Positions 41,634-54,050 of a stretch of 64,000 bases of DNA are shown here, piece by piece. The translations under genes and the position numbers were made by a program. Under the pieces are notes generated by a model. It saw only the letters and a program-made list of their open reading frames with translations, made no database searches and was not told the DNA's origin. Location of the stretch: NCBI GenBank assembly GCA_030141605.1, contig JAQGDQ010000368.1, forward strand, positions 167,517 through 231,516. Reading direction: 5' to 3'. The stretch comes from Tubiluchus corallicola. Taxonomy: Eukaryota; Animalia; Priapulida. The first letter of the stretch is position 1, and every line of letters starts with the position of its first letter.

Positions 41634-42861
41634 CTTTAGCTCCTTCAGCGTGTTTATGTTAGTTAAAACTCAGTTATAATCAACATAGCCTTGCAAAATA
41701 TTTTTGTACACTGGTCATACTCTTTTATCCAATGTGTCTTTTTCATAATCTTACTTTCCCATGTCACCATCTTGCTTTTTATTAAATCTCGTTCGACAGC
41801 TTGTCTTCATATTTCATGCTACCAAATTTTATCCTAAACGGGTAGATCATTCTATACCAATTAGACTCTACATTAGGAAAAAACTTGGGAAAACTCTAAC
41901 AGAGTAACGCAAAACGCAAAAAACTTTGCAAAGCCCGCGCGAAAAAAATCACGGCTGAAGTGTTGATTATTAAATACACTCAGTTGTTTAAGCACATTTT
42001 ACACAAACTGTTTTATTTCCGTTTACTTTTATTGAAATTGCACAAATCAACCTCCGGTTAAATTCGCACGAAAAATTTATTACAAATTACATAATTTTAA
42101 TGTATATGCGTTCGGTTATTTCTCAGTAAAAAAGCAGAGTGGTAGCACGTGTGCACATACCAAAACACCAGTTCTTGTTTATAATTCTGTCTTGAGTTAA
42201 AAGAAAAGCGACTGTCTAAAACCTTCTACAGTCAGAACAAACGAGTTTGTAACTTTAGTGAGCAGTGACACTGATTACAGATCATTAGTGACGGGGCGAT
42301 AATACCTTGCACCATGACACACTGTAAAAAATATTAGACTAATAGACTAACAGTGAACTTAGTTTGTGAGGTTAGAGCCCCAGTGCCTTACTCCATGTAC
42401 GAACAAATTCAATAATTTGGTAATATTTTAACAATAGATAAGTCATTTGTTCGCTTTGCCAGAATAATCATTGAATCTTTAGACTACGAGGATAAGTTTA
42501 TAAACTCGCTGCAGTCACATTCGAATAACGCCAAATCCTCACTTATGGGATCACACAACTGTTTAGTAACAGATCTAGGATCGTACGAAAAAATTGTTGA
42601 TGGACAATCATAGATCTTTGTTTTTATTCCAAGTAACAAGATCAGTCACATTTAATTCACTGAACATGTTGCTTCATACTTTCCTATAAGACCATAACGG
42701 AATGGCACAGAGTTGTAGAATGTAATATAGTTCAATGCTTCCAATGTTCACATAGGTGCTGACCCTGTCAATATCTTTGTGCTTAATTTGTTTAATGCTA
42801 CGTGTATTTATTTTTAAGTGGAAATGTAACTGTGGTAAGTAACATGCAATATTATTACATC

Positions 42862-43535
42862 CAGGGCCGGCTTATCCTAGGGCCTCTCATGCTTAGGAAC
42901 AATCCAGCCATCCAACTACGGTTGTATTGAAATTATGGCTAAAGTATGCAATTCTCCACACACCAAAAATTAGTTCGTGAAGCGATTAGGTTTAAGAACA
43001 GGCTTAGGGTTTCGGTTTATTACATAATCTCTGCGCACACGATAACTTTTACTATGTATATAATTTTGTAGCCTAATATCTAATTTTATGTGATTTTTTT
43101 TTAGTTGTGGATTTTAACATTGTGTGCTATAGTTAAATTTTATTGCATGTGAGTATATATTTGTACATGGCTTTTAGCTGAAATAAACTGATAAATGAAA
43201 TTAAAAATTAAATTTCGGTTAGGGTTGAGTTAGGATCAGAGTTTGGGTTAGAATGCTTAAATTGTGTTTGGAATTGTAAACTGCTTCCGAAATTATGTCC
43301 AATTTGGATTGCAAAAAATAGTAAAATAGTGATATTTCTTAAAGAATATTTTTATTGACAAACAAAAGATTGCTGTTCTAGTTTATTTAAGAAATTTACA
43401 ATAAGTTTGCTTAAAGCTACGTAAAATCTCGTTAAAACACATTACGACTAAAAAATATTAAAGACGAGTGCTGGGTCTGAGCGGGCCCATGATTTCATTA
43501 GCCTTGGGGCCTTAAGAGGTCACAATCCGGTTCCG
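42862..43535. mobile_element. Degenerate hAT-like non-autonomous DNA transposon
   Basis: Left end CAGGGCCGGCTT, right end AATCCGGTTCCG (imperfect inverse); flanks ATTACATC / ATTACAAG (6/8 TSD match); subterminal GGGCC(C) motifs. Confidence 0.55.
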
Positions 43536-43599
43536 ATTACAAGGCACATTTCATATGATCGGCGTAATTTAGTTAACTGCTTGGTTAACTAACTTGTAG

Positions 43600-43705
43600 C
43601 TATAATGTATAATATAATTATAATATAATAATAATGACAATGATAATGGTAACGATAGTGATAATTATAATGATAAAAATAATAATAATAATAATAATAA
43701 CAACA

Positions 43706-43773
<68 letters not shown>

Positions 43774-44025
43774 TAATAATAATAATCTTTATTTAAAGTC
43801 GACTTTTTGGATGAACAATTAACATATGCTCCTAAGAGCTTTTAGGCTGACTGTAAATAACAACCTACAACTATGTAAGTATTGCTCCACTTTTACCCTA
43901 AATACCACCACGCGCCAGGCAGGGCAACAGCAGGTACCATTTTTAAAGCCTTTAGTAGGAATCGTCCGCTATATCGAGCTCACGACCTCCGAGGCGGAAA
44001 GCGGATATTATAGCGGTTACCGCTA
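43600..44025 (-). mobile_element. tRNA-derived SINE with (TTA)n tail (copy 2 of the 7563-8320 family)
   Basis: Shared TTTAAAGTC..AACAATTAACATA..CTGTAAATAA..CTTTTACCCTAAATACCAC..GTACCATTTT; (ATA)n array at 43600-43785. Confidence 0.82.
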
Positions 44026-45862
44026 GAGTAAACTGTCAAATCAATTCGTAGAATTTTATAAAACATGGTCAGGTCATCTTATAAACGTGTGATTTCTAAA
44101 CCTTCAAGTTTTAAAATTTCGAGCGTACGATTGTATCTGTACTGTCCAAGAAGATTGGCCGAGTGCGCGGCGAGAGAATACTCTCTGATTACTTTCTTTA
44201 GGAAAGAATACTTTTTTCTAGTCTAACAGTTGAACCTATATAGGCCTCCGTGTATTTGACAGTAAAGAAAGGGTTCTAACGATATAACAGTGTATTCACC
44301 ATTGTCACTAAGCCCATAAAAGTGAAAAATACTAGTGAAAAAGTAAAAAGTGAAATATATTAGTATGAATTATAATTATTAGTAATAAGAATAGTTATTG
44401 AATAAGTAAAACAATATGTTTGAAGTGTAGCAAAAAAATCAACTGTTTTTTAATGTTAGTAAAAATATGCAATAAATTATATTTTTTATTTCTTTAGGAA
44501 ATCTGGAATTTTAAATTCTTTAAACCGCAAAGTTTGGTAATTTTATTTAAAACTTGGTTTTATTCAAAATACTTTGATATATTTTCATGGTAAAAACGTT
44601 TTGCTAGTACAGAGGAAAATAAATTTTCACGAATTTTTAAAAGGGGTTTAGATTTTGTCCATCCGTTGCATCCCCAAAGCATTAGTACATTTTATACCAC
44701 CATAGTATTCCACACGTTGAGTAAATCTGAAAAGATACTGCCAAAACGCCTGGGTAACGTGGAAAGTGCATGCACTAGATATAGAGGTATAAGAACATCA
44801 GCTTTAACACAGCAAGTGCACGTTAAAACCGTGTGCGAGTTGTCCGAAAAACACATTTCGCTTCGCAGCCCTACATCTTATAAAAATGACCCATTTTTTG
44901 TAGGAGCTGGTGCCTCCCTTTCCAAAAGAGCTGTAAATTTCCCTCCAAAATCCCTACCAAGCGCTACGCTCATATCTACGCAGTGTTTCGGCAAAGACGA
45001 CCATTTCGGTGGAGGTTTTTCACTCGTTTTTCTTCAATCAATACATCGTATAAAAAAACGCAAAAACGTCGTTTAATGAAAGTCCTTGGAAGGAAATTCA
45101 TGGCTCTTTGGAAAGAGGGAAACCGGGCTACACGTGGTGTTTGGGCAGTAGGTAGTGATGACTGAGATATGGACAAGTGGTTAGGTATAAAGACATACGC
45201 GAACTTAACTTTGGTGACGTGCAGTAAAAAATCGGATACGTAGTTATGAGTGAGTATACAGTTTCGGCCTCAGCTGGGCAACGAAAAGTGAGGTCTTGAA
45301 AGGGACATAAGGCGATGAGTAAAGACACAAACTCAAAGTAGTGAGGAGTGGGCGTAATGATATCTCAATAACTATTTAATATGCGTATGCATAACAGGAG
45401 AGCAGTCTCTGCCATGTCATAACTCTCAAGACACGTTTGTAATAGTGTGTTCTGAATTATCAATTAAATATGTTATAAACTTTACCACATTGTTCAGACA
45501 CATCTTGTATAGTCATCGTCGGGATCAAGGAGGTCAAGTCGCCACGTCACCGATAATACACGTGATTGAATAAAAGGTTTGAAAAGCTGGGTGAAAGGCG
45601 TTTTGTACAATGAAACAACGTCGGGCATACTTGCTTTCTCGTCGCCAGCACGTGAGCGGAAGGATCACCAAGTTGCTAACCAGCTAGCCAATCAGTGTCG
45701 AAATAAATCGCTGAATACAAATTCGCTAGCCAATCAGCGTTGAAATAAATGGCCTGCTATTTTGAACTACTTACACACAGCTGCAACTGGAGCGTAGTGA
45801 AGCAGAAATCGTTTTAGCGGATAAAAATACAGCGTTTTTTGTAGCTCTAAAACTAAATAAAC

Positions 45863-48247
45863 ATGGCCGACTCAATGCCCAGGATGGACTGGTCTGCGCC
45901 AAATTTAGCAGAAACCTTTAAGTTATTCAAACAAAGGTGTGAGACGTTTTTCACAATAAAAAACATTACCGCTAACGAACAGATAGTCCCTCATGTTTTA
46001 CTCGCTGTTGGTGAAGAAGGACGAAAACGTTACAACTCTTGAGGTTTAAGTGACGACCAGCGGAATGATCCGACAACAATATGGAGGAGATTTCAAATAC
46101 AGCTGGAACCTATAGAAAATTTCCGCGTAAGTAGATTAAAATTAAGACATTATAAGCAAAAAGAAGGCGAATCATTGGATGACTTTATAAACCGGTGCAA
46201 ATTGTTGGCACTGAAATGCAACTTCGCTAATGAACATGAGATTAGTGAGCGTCTTATAGAGCAAATAATTGCAAGCACGCCCATACCCGAGTATCAGAAA
46301 GAACTGTTGAGTAAAGATAACACACTCACGTTGACTGATGCCATAAAAATAAGCAGAGTTTATGAAGCTTCAGTAATGAGCATGTTGCAGTTACAAGAAC
46401 TAGGTACCGGTGCAGCAGTTTTGACGGCCGTGAGTAGTATTAAGTCACATAAAGTTTGTAAGAACTGTGGTGGTCACCACACATTTAAACCGCGCGACAA
46501 ATGCACTGCATATGGTGATCAGTGCCGTGCATGTGGTAAAAGTAACCATTGGGCAAAATACTGCAGAAGTAAGCGCAGCTGGAGTCACAGAAAAACAGTG
46601 AGCGACAACCAACAATACAGTCGCAGATGTGGCCGTAGTCGCCAAAGATCATCTAGCAGATATAAAACTAAAACTGTTAGTGAACAATCAGCACAGCCTG
46701 AGGACAGTGTTCACAGTGTAACTGAACAGTTTGACACATTTTCATTTGATGTTATTCGCGTGTCCGACTTATGTGTAGAGCATGCTGCTACGGATGAAGC
46801 TTTTACAACACTTAGCATAAAAGTAACAAACCGTCCAGGCATACATAATCTCAAGTTGAAATTGGACACTGGCGCGCAAGGCAACACATTACCAATTAGA
46901 CCATTCCATCAAATGCATCCTGAGCTATTGGATGCTGAAGGATATCCAAATACTAGTATACTGACCAGCCAACCATCAGTAAAACTAACTGCATACAATG
47001 GAACAGAAATTCCCTGCTATGGATTCTACCTGCTACGCAATTTACTGATTGGCAAGACACTGAATTTTACATTGTTGACGTTAGTGGTCCTGCTGTCATA
47101 GGTTTACCGTCATGTCAGAAACTAAACTAATTCACGCTACATTGTAATGTGAACTCTCCCCACAACAATTTGATAGAATTGGATATTTGCCAGGTGAGGT
47201 AAAACTAGTAGTGGATCCCAATATACAGCCACATATAAATCCACCTCGAAAAACACCTATAGCACTAAAGGATGCTATCAAGAAAGAACTCGATTATATG
47301 GAAGCAAACGACATTATCAAAAAGGTTACAAAACCTACAGACTGGGTTTCATGTCTTGCCTACAGTCGTAGAGGAAATGGCAGCATAAGGATTTGTATAA
47401 GGAAATGGCTGGATAAGGATATAAACAAAGCACTAAAGAGACCGCACCACAAGACACCTACGATTGAAGAGCTAACACACAGATTTGCAGGTGCTAGCAA
47501 ACTAGACGCAAAAAATGGGTTTTGGTCAGTACGTTTGCACCCAGATTCACAGCTCACAACATTTCAATCACCTTTTGGCAGGTATGCCTTTAAGAGACTT
47601 CCATTTGGCTTGTCTGTGTCGTAAGATGTTTTCCAACACCACATGGATGCAATTCTTAGCCAGTGTGATCGTGCAACTGGTATTTCTGATGACGTTGCGG
47701 TATATGGTTCCACCCAAGAGGAACATGAGACAAATCTGCATCAGCTAATGAAAGTTGCTGCTAAAGGTGGTCTTGTTTTTAATTCAGAGAAGTGTGCAAT
47801 AAAGCAATCTAGCATTTCCTTCTTTGGGATAGTGTTTTCAGTAGATGCTGTAAAGCCTGATCCCTGTAAGGTTGCTGATCTTTGTGCTATGCCTACCCCA
47901 ACATCGAAAAAGGAGTTGCAAACAATTTTAGGCTTCATCACGTATCTTGCTCCATTTATAGATAATCTTTCAGACAAAGCTGCAATTGCTGCGATTTGCT
48001 AAAGCAAGATAGTGAATATGTATGGCAAGTGCACCACGAAAAGTGTTTTGAACAGCTTAAAAAACTTGTAACATCAGAAGGTGCACTTCAGTATTTAGGA
48101 GCTACTATTTTTCAAGATGGAAAACCCATTGCTTACGCTTCAAAGAGTCTCACGGAAACTGAGTCTCGCTATGCTTGCATAGAAAGAGAACTGCTAGCCA
48201 TTTTATTTGGTGTGCAAAGATTTCGCACATATTTGTACGCAGTTTGA
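45863..48247 (+). mobile_element. Decayed Ty3/Gypsy LTR retrotransposon gag-pol (no integrase or 3' LTR seen)
   Basis: ATG 45863 MADSMPRMDWSAPNLAETFKLFKQRC; in-frame TGA 46040; CCHC knuckle CRACGKSNHWAKYC; protease LDTGAQ; RT LDAKNGFW, RLPFGL, SDD; RNase H PIAYASKSL..RY..IERELLA; several frameshifts/stops, and the RNase H DAS segment is deleted. Confidence 0.93.
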
Positions 48248-48602
48248 GTAGTGAGAACTTAGGGCTCACATGTATGTTGTGATGAGGAGTAAGGTCGCAG
48301 TCTCGGACTCAGTTTTGGCAATGTGGAGAGAAAGAGAGACAGAGAGAAAAAAGAGAGATAGATACAGAGAGAGAAAGGAACGAGGAGGGCCAGGAGAGGG
48401 AGAGGAGAGAGCGAGAATTTCATGCATAGTTTTTTATAATTTTTCAAATTAATGAATAGACTGAAGCGAATTAGTATGCAGATGCTTGTGGGAACAATTA
48501 AGTACAGTCTTTTGTCATTGTGTCTTCTTAGTGTTAGTAATTTTTCTGCCTTTTTACTTTTTCAAGATTATGAAGTTTTGAAACTACAGATATTGGAAAA
48601 AG

Positions 48603-50172
48603 ATGCATAGTCTTCAACTGAAGTTTCAACAAGAGGTTGCAAGACTACAGTCGTTAGTGGAACAACAAGAAATAAATATTTTAAGAGTTGCAGATAAGAT
48701 AACAGAAAATGTGGATATCAGTTCAGATTACGAACTAGGTCAAAGTGTGGTTGGTTGCAGCAGTTCATCCTCCCAGTGGAACAATCCACATGATCAGCAA
48801 CAAATTCTTCCAGTTTCAACATTCAAACAATGTTCTGGTTCATTGCCATCCAACCAGCAGAAGAGATCTGGACCTAATGACGCAATTCAGTCACCAGCAG
48901 TTGCTAAGGAGTTTGGAGTCGATACTCTGTTTTTCCCTAATATGAAATTTGTGACACCAGAAGGCGTTAATATTGATTATTATAGAAGCTACAAGGTTGG
49001 TTATCTGGCAAAAGATTATGAAACGTGTATCAGGAAAGACGAGGAAGAGAAGGAAAGTTCCACATTAGACATATTTTTTCAATTTGCAGAATCATGTATC
49101 AAGAACCTCCAAGGTAATGTTTGCAACTTGCATTAGCAAACGCAAAGTGAATGGTTATCACCCGCAATGCCTATTTCAGCTAGCCTGTTAGAAATAAACA
49201 CAAGCACATCTTTTGCCCAAAGGTTTAGGATTACAGATGTGTGTAATGATACAACTAAGTTGGCTCGTGCTGGGTTGTGTGACTACATGTGGCATATGGC
49301 AGGTCAGTGTCATCTCTCACATCAGTATGAACTCAAAGCTGAATATAACAAAAGTGAAGATCAAGATCGTAAAAGCACAATTGAGTTAGATGGCAATTCA
49401 ATAGTCAATCACGCTTTGAATGTTGATTACTGAAAGAATCCACAACTACGACAGAATCTATCAGGATGATTATCTGGCAAAAAATTATGATACGTGTATC
49501 AGGAAAGATGAGGAAGAACAGGAAGAGACCACATCATATGTCTTTTTTCCATTTGCAGAATCAATATTTAGAGCTGCTAATGTTTGCCAAAATACAAAGA
49601 AGAAGGTTATTGCTGGGTTGCACAAGACAGATCAATGTCGTCTCTCACATAAGTACGAGCTCAAAGCAGAATGTAACAAAAGTGAAGATCAAGATTGTGA
49701 AAACACAATTGAGTTAGATGGCAGTTCAATAGTCAATCAAGGTTTGAATGTTGATTACTGTAGAATCCACAACTACTACAGAATCTATCGGGATGATTAT
49801 CTGGCAAATGATACGTGTATCAGGAAAGAAGAACAGGAAAATACCACATCAGATGTCTTTTTTCCATTTGCAGAATCGATATTTAGAGCTGGCAATGTTT
49901 GCCAAAATACAAAGAAGAAAGTTGCTGCTGAGTTGCGCAAGACAGATCAGTGTTGTCTCTCACATCAGTACGAGCTCAAACCAAAATGTAACAAAAGTGA
50001 AAATCAAGATTGTAAAAGCACAAGTGAATTAGAAGGCACCTCATTACCAGAAGTTGACCTGCCACCTCTTTTAGCAATGAGAGAAGAAATGTTTTCACTT
50101 TGTAGCCAGCTGAAACAGCTGAAAAGTGATATGAGCAATCTTCAGAAAAGATTTGAATTTCTTGAAAAATGA
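48603..50172 (+). pseudogene. Interrupted ORF of unknown function: N- and C-terminal coiled-coil-like segments flanking ~3 tandem ~110-aa repeats
   Basis: ORFs 48603-49136, 49167-49433, 49420-50172 share NVDY..YLAK.YDTCIRKDEEE..FF.FAES..QC.LSHQYELKA..NKSEDQD; DNA period 328 bp between 49417 and 49745. Confidence 0.55.
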
Positions 50173-51106
50173 TATAAAAATGGTCATTGAAAGCGGTAAG
50201 TGAGAAGAAAGTGTATGACCACAAGAGGTCAGAACTGACTTACAACAACACATATCAACAACTAAGAAAAGATCAAAATTAGAAAATTCTCACTATGCAG
50301 AAAATGAATAAGAAACGATAATGCCTTAAAAAGTACAATTATCTGTAACGAAAACAAATGCTTCTGTGCCAAAAATAGAGTTTATGTTAAAAACTTCAGA
50401 TATGAGTGAGCAAGCAATAATACCTGCTGCACAAAGGTCAAATGTTGGGCATGTTCTAAAGTTTCTGCTGATGGGGAATTTTTTACATAAAGTCTCACAT
50501 TGATGCACACAACATATTAGAATGTTATTACAGTTCAGAAAAAATGAGATTAATAAAGAATTTGTAAGGCCCAATTCACAGTGAGAATTGGCGGCAAAAT
50601 TCCTTGGGGACAAATTCCTTTCGGCATTCCTCGTGAAAGTGGCACACATTGTTTTCAATAGCGTGTTTTACAGTGACACCTCATGAGGAATTTTCCTCGT
50701 GCCATTCCTCCATGAGACCTGGGATAAGGTTTTCACGAGAAGAAACAATATAACTTTTCACCAAAGTCATCTGATTACAATCAGCCAGAGGACGGCTGCA
50801 ATCAGAAGTGAAGCCAATTTTACTATCAGGAAGCAATGGGCCATTAGTGACTTGTTTAATTACTTAAGTCATGGGTAGAATAGCTTGACTTCTCTCAGGA
50901 GGCAGGCGATAATGAAAAGAACTCGTATGAAAACTAGCATCAACAGATGGATGAGGTACTACATCCTGAGTTTGATCCGGATTAGTGGCAGAACTGGTGA
51001 AGCAACAGGGCAACACTGTTGAGATGGTATAATAATAAGATCAGGATTCAGGAGGGATTTGTTGCCATTCACATGACTGAGAGATAAAGTGCTTTCAGAA
51101 CGTTCA

Positions 51107-51409
51107 AGGCTTACTCAACTACACCTACTTATGTAGAAAAGGAAATGTTAGTCTAGTTATGCAGAAGTAATCTGTATTTACTCTTTACCTGCAGGCAACC
51201 ACAGGTCCTAATCTAGAGACAAGACAAGAGGCCTTGGTTAGTGGAAGTGTACCAAAACAGTTCAGACATTAAAATATTACTAGTTCTACAGCAGTACTAC
51301 CAAGAATTTAACTGACATTACAGTTAAAGACAAATCAAATGACAACTTGACATTACACTGTATCAATTCTTCGTGATAAGCAATTAGGTTCTAGTCAAAA
51401 TACGTGTCC
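51107..51409. repeat. 303-bp direct repeat, copy 1
   Basis: Colinear with 52897-53199; about 13 substitutions and no indels by eye. Confidence 0.97.
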
Positions 51410-51415
51410 GTTGAG

Positions 51416-51643
51416 CTATTTCATGGCATTAGTCAGATGATTACAAATATCACGTTCACAGGTGCCACATGATTCAGGAGTACCTTTTATTGTGATTTCA
51501 ATCAGGCCAAATCTATTGGATATTTTATTAATGACAATGTCACAAGCGTATTTGGTGCGTAACATAATGATGGTTTTACCTTGTTTATCAATAACTCTGC
51601 CAACATCACGAGCATCAATTGTTAAAACCTTTGGAATTAGCAT
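51416..51643 (-). CDS. Small KH-domain (type I) ORF
   Basis: VLTIDARDVGRVIDKQGKTIIMLRTKYACDIVI...EITIKGTPESC..C..DI matches the KH pattern (VGxxIGxxGxxI...ITIxG); first G of GxxG is D. Confidence 0.72.
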   Translation of the reverse strand: MLIPKVLTIDARDVGRVIDKQGKTIIMLRTKYACDIVINKISNRFGLIEITIKGTPESCGTCERDICNHLTNAMK

Positions 51644-51689
51644 ATGACTTGAAGTAGAAGACTCACTATACTTGATAGGCAATGACTCT

Positions 51690-52790
51690 AGAAATTACCT
51701 GCGACTATGTGTGGCAGACTTCGTAATTGCTGATGTGGTGCACTCATGCTCAAGGATAGTTGAATCAGGAGTTACAAGGATGTTTTTACGCCATTTCATT
51801 AAGGGACTTCAGCCAATGTTTATTTTGTAAATTGAAGGATAGGACGAGTAACAGTGTGTTGGCGTTGGCCTAATCGTCTCACAAGAACTGGTTCAGTGTC
51901 ATCACATCCAATGGCAGAAAGAATCAGTTGGCATTTATAGTTATCGTATTTTATTATTTCCGATGGAACAGTTTCAGTTGACTCACTGACAAGCTTGATA
52001 ATAATGTTTTGGGATCTTCTTTTCTGTTCATTAGGCTCATTAACAAGAAGCTCAATTTTGTCTGACAACTTTACAATGTCTTGTTGTAAAGCCGAAACAC
52101 AACTATTGACAATTAGAGCTTTGTCAACTTTTGTAGACAATGCAGCAAGCTCAGCTGATGAAACTTTTGCAGAAATTTCAGTCTCAAGGGACAAGAACTT
52201 GGCTTCAAAATGATTGGAAATTTCTTCAAGTTTGTCATCTAAGGATTTCTCTGCTACAACAGCTTTAATAGCTTTGGGGAAATAGTCAGGACAAAACCAT
52301 GGATTTGAGGGCCCTAGTGTTTGATGAGACATTCTTCAGACATTCCAAGACATAGTTGACAGAACCATAATTCACACCGATCACAGGCCCTAGAGTGAGT
52401 GTTTTCAGTTACAGATGTACCACAGAGCTGATAATAGGACAATTCATCATCTGGATTATTTTCCAATGAAACAAATTCTGATTCATCACTGTCAGCAGAT
52501 GGAGATATTAAAACATCATTAGACAGAAATTTAACTTATTGACTATGCAGACGAGCTATGAGTGAGTGTGGTTTTGCTGACTCACTAGTTCTAGTCAATT
52601 TAGCAGATGAGCCAAGATTATTCTTAGAGTTCAGTGAACTACTTTGGACAGTAGACGAACTTGCAGGATTGGCTACAACATTACTATTCTGGGTGGTTTT
52701 CTTGTTGCCGTTACTTGGCAGTTTTGTTTTGCTACTCTTTGAATTTTTCAAATTTGCTCCGATTATAGAAATAATAATGCTAAAATCAAG
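51690..52790 (-). mobile_element. Decayed non-LTR retrotransposon ORF1 (CR1/L2-like: PHD finger, coiled coil, RRM-like domain)
   Basis: Across frameshifts: basic S/K-rich N-terminus; YQLC..ACDRC..WFCQLC..WFCPDY (PHD); coiled coil; EQKRRSQNIII; VRRLG...RPIL; ILVTPDST..E. Confidence 0.8.
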
Positions 52791-52896
52791 CTTGCTGTAT
52801 TAGCATAATAGTATAGTATAAGTTCTGTATAATCTAGTAATTAATATACAAAACAGAGCAAACATGTAAAACACCACAGATAGCTGAAACTATTCT

Positions 52897-53199
52897 AGGC
52901 TTACTCAACTACACCTACTTGTGTAGAAAAGGAAATGTTAGTCTAGTTATACAGAACTAATCTGTATTTAGTCTTTACCTGCAGGCAACCACAGGTCCTA
53001 ATCTAGAGACAAGACAAGAAGCCTTGGTTAGTGGAAGTGTACCAAAACAGTTGAGACATTAAAATCTTACTAGTTCTACAGCGGTACTACCAAGAATTTA
53101 ACTGACACTACAGTTAAAGACAAATCAAATGACAACTTGACATTACGCTATATCAATTCTTCGTGATAAGCAATTAGGCTCTAGTCAAAATACATGTCC
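52897..53199. repeat. 303-bp direct repeat, copy 2
   Basis: Colinear with 51107-51409. Confidence 0.97.
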
Positions 53200-53417
53200 A
53201 TTATTACTTGAACATTAAAGGTGTTACAAAACCACAAAGCAGTTTTCAGCCATCGAAAGCAACAGGGTTTAATTGGGGAGACATCATCACACAATAAAAT
53301 GAGATATGAAGAAGCAAATAAACTACAACAGACTCAAACTGTGAGCGTGATGTTTACGAAAACAAGCGAACATGCATAAAACAGTACTGCCCTCTACTGA
53401 GAACAATAACCTGGTCA

Positions 53418-54050
53418 ATGATTTGTAGGGCAGACTATAAAAAATTAATTTATTATCATCTGTTAATGAACTCAAATGATGAAAGAATGGCAGAACGAGT
53501 TCTAAAAGTGCAAATAAATAATAACTTTAATAAATGTAGGTATTCAGAAATCAAACACATCATGAATAAATGGAATATTGATATAAATACAGTGGATATA
53601 AATGTAATAACCAAAACTAGATGGAAAAAGTATGTAAAGAATGAAATTTATTTATTTATAGAAAGAGAGCTTAAAACTAAAATAGAAACTATGACAACAT
53701 TAAGAATTTTAAAAAACAGAACTTTCCAAAGACAAATGTATGTGGAAAAATGTAGGTTAGACGAAATGAATGATATTATGTCAATTAGACTTAATATGAT
53801 AGATGTTAAAGCAAATTTCAAAAATCTGTATAAAGGGGATCTTAAATGTTCTTTATGCCAGGTAGCAGTGGATACTACTGAGCATCTTTTTGAATGTAAA
53901 GTATGTCAACAAGTTGGGCCTATCTGTGCAAGATATAAGGGAATGGAACATAAATAAATTACTACTGACTAGGATGTATGTTAACGAGCTGTTGAAACTA
54001 AAAATATAATTAAAGACGGGTGAACAGTAAAAGCAAATTGACGTAAAAGA
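53418..54050 (+). mobile_element. 5'-truncated LINE fragment (ORF2 C-terminal region)
   Basis: RWKKYVK..I..TLRIL..Q.YV..RLNMIDVKANF..CSLC...DTTEHLFEC: C-terminal CCHC typical of LINE ORF2; no RT core present. Confidence 0.78.

Noticed and set aside
50565-50720. PIF/Harbinger-like end TAA-GGCCCAATTCACA
   Set aside because: No matching second terminus found, so the element cannot be delimited
51107-53199. 303-bp repeats as the LTRs of the upstream Gypsy element
   Set aside because: No copy upstream of gag, no TG..CA ends or TSD, and the interior is LINE-ORF1-like on the opposite strand
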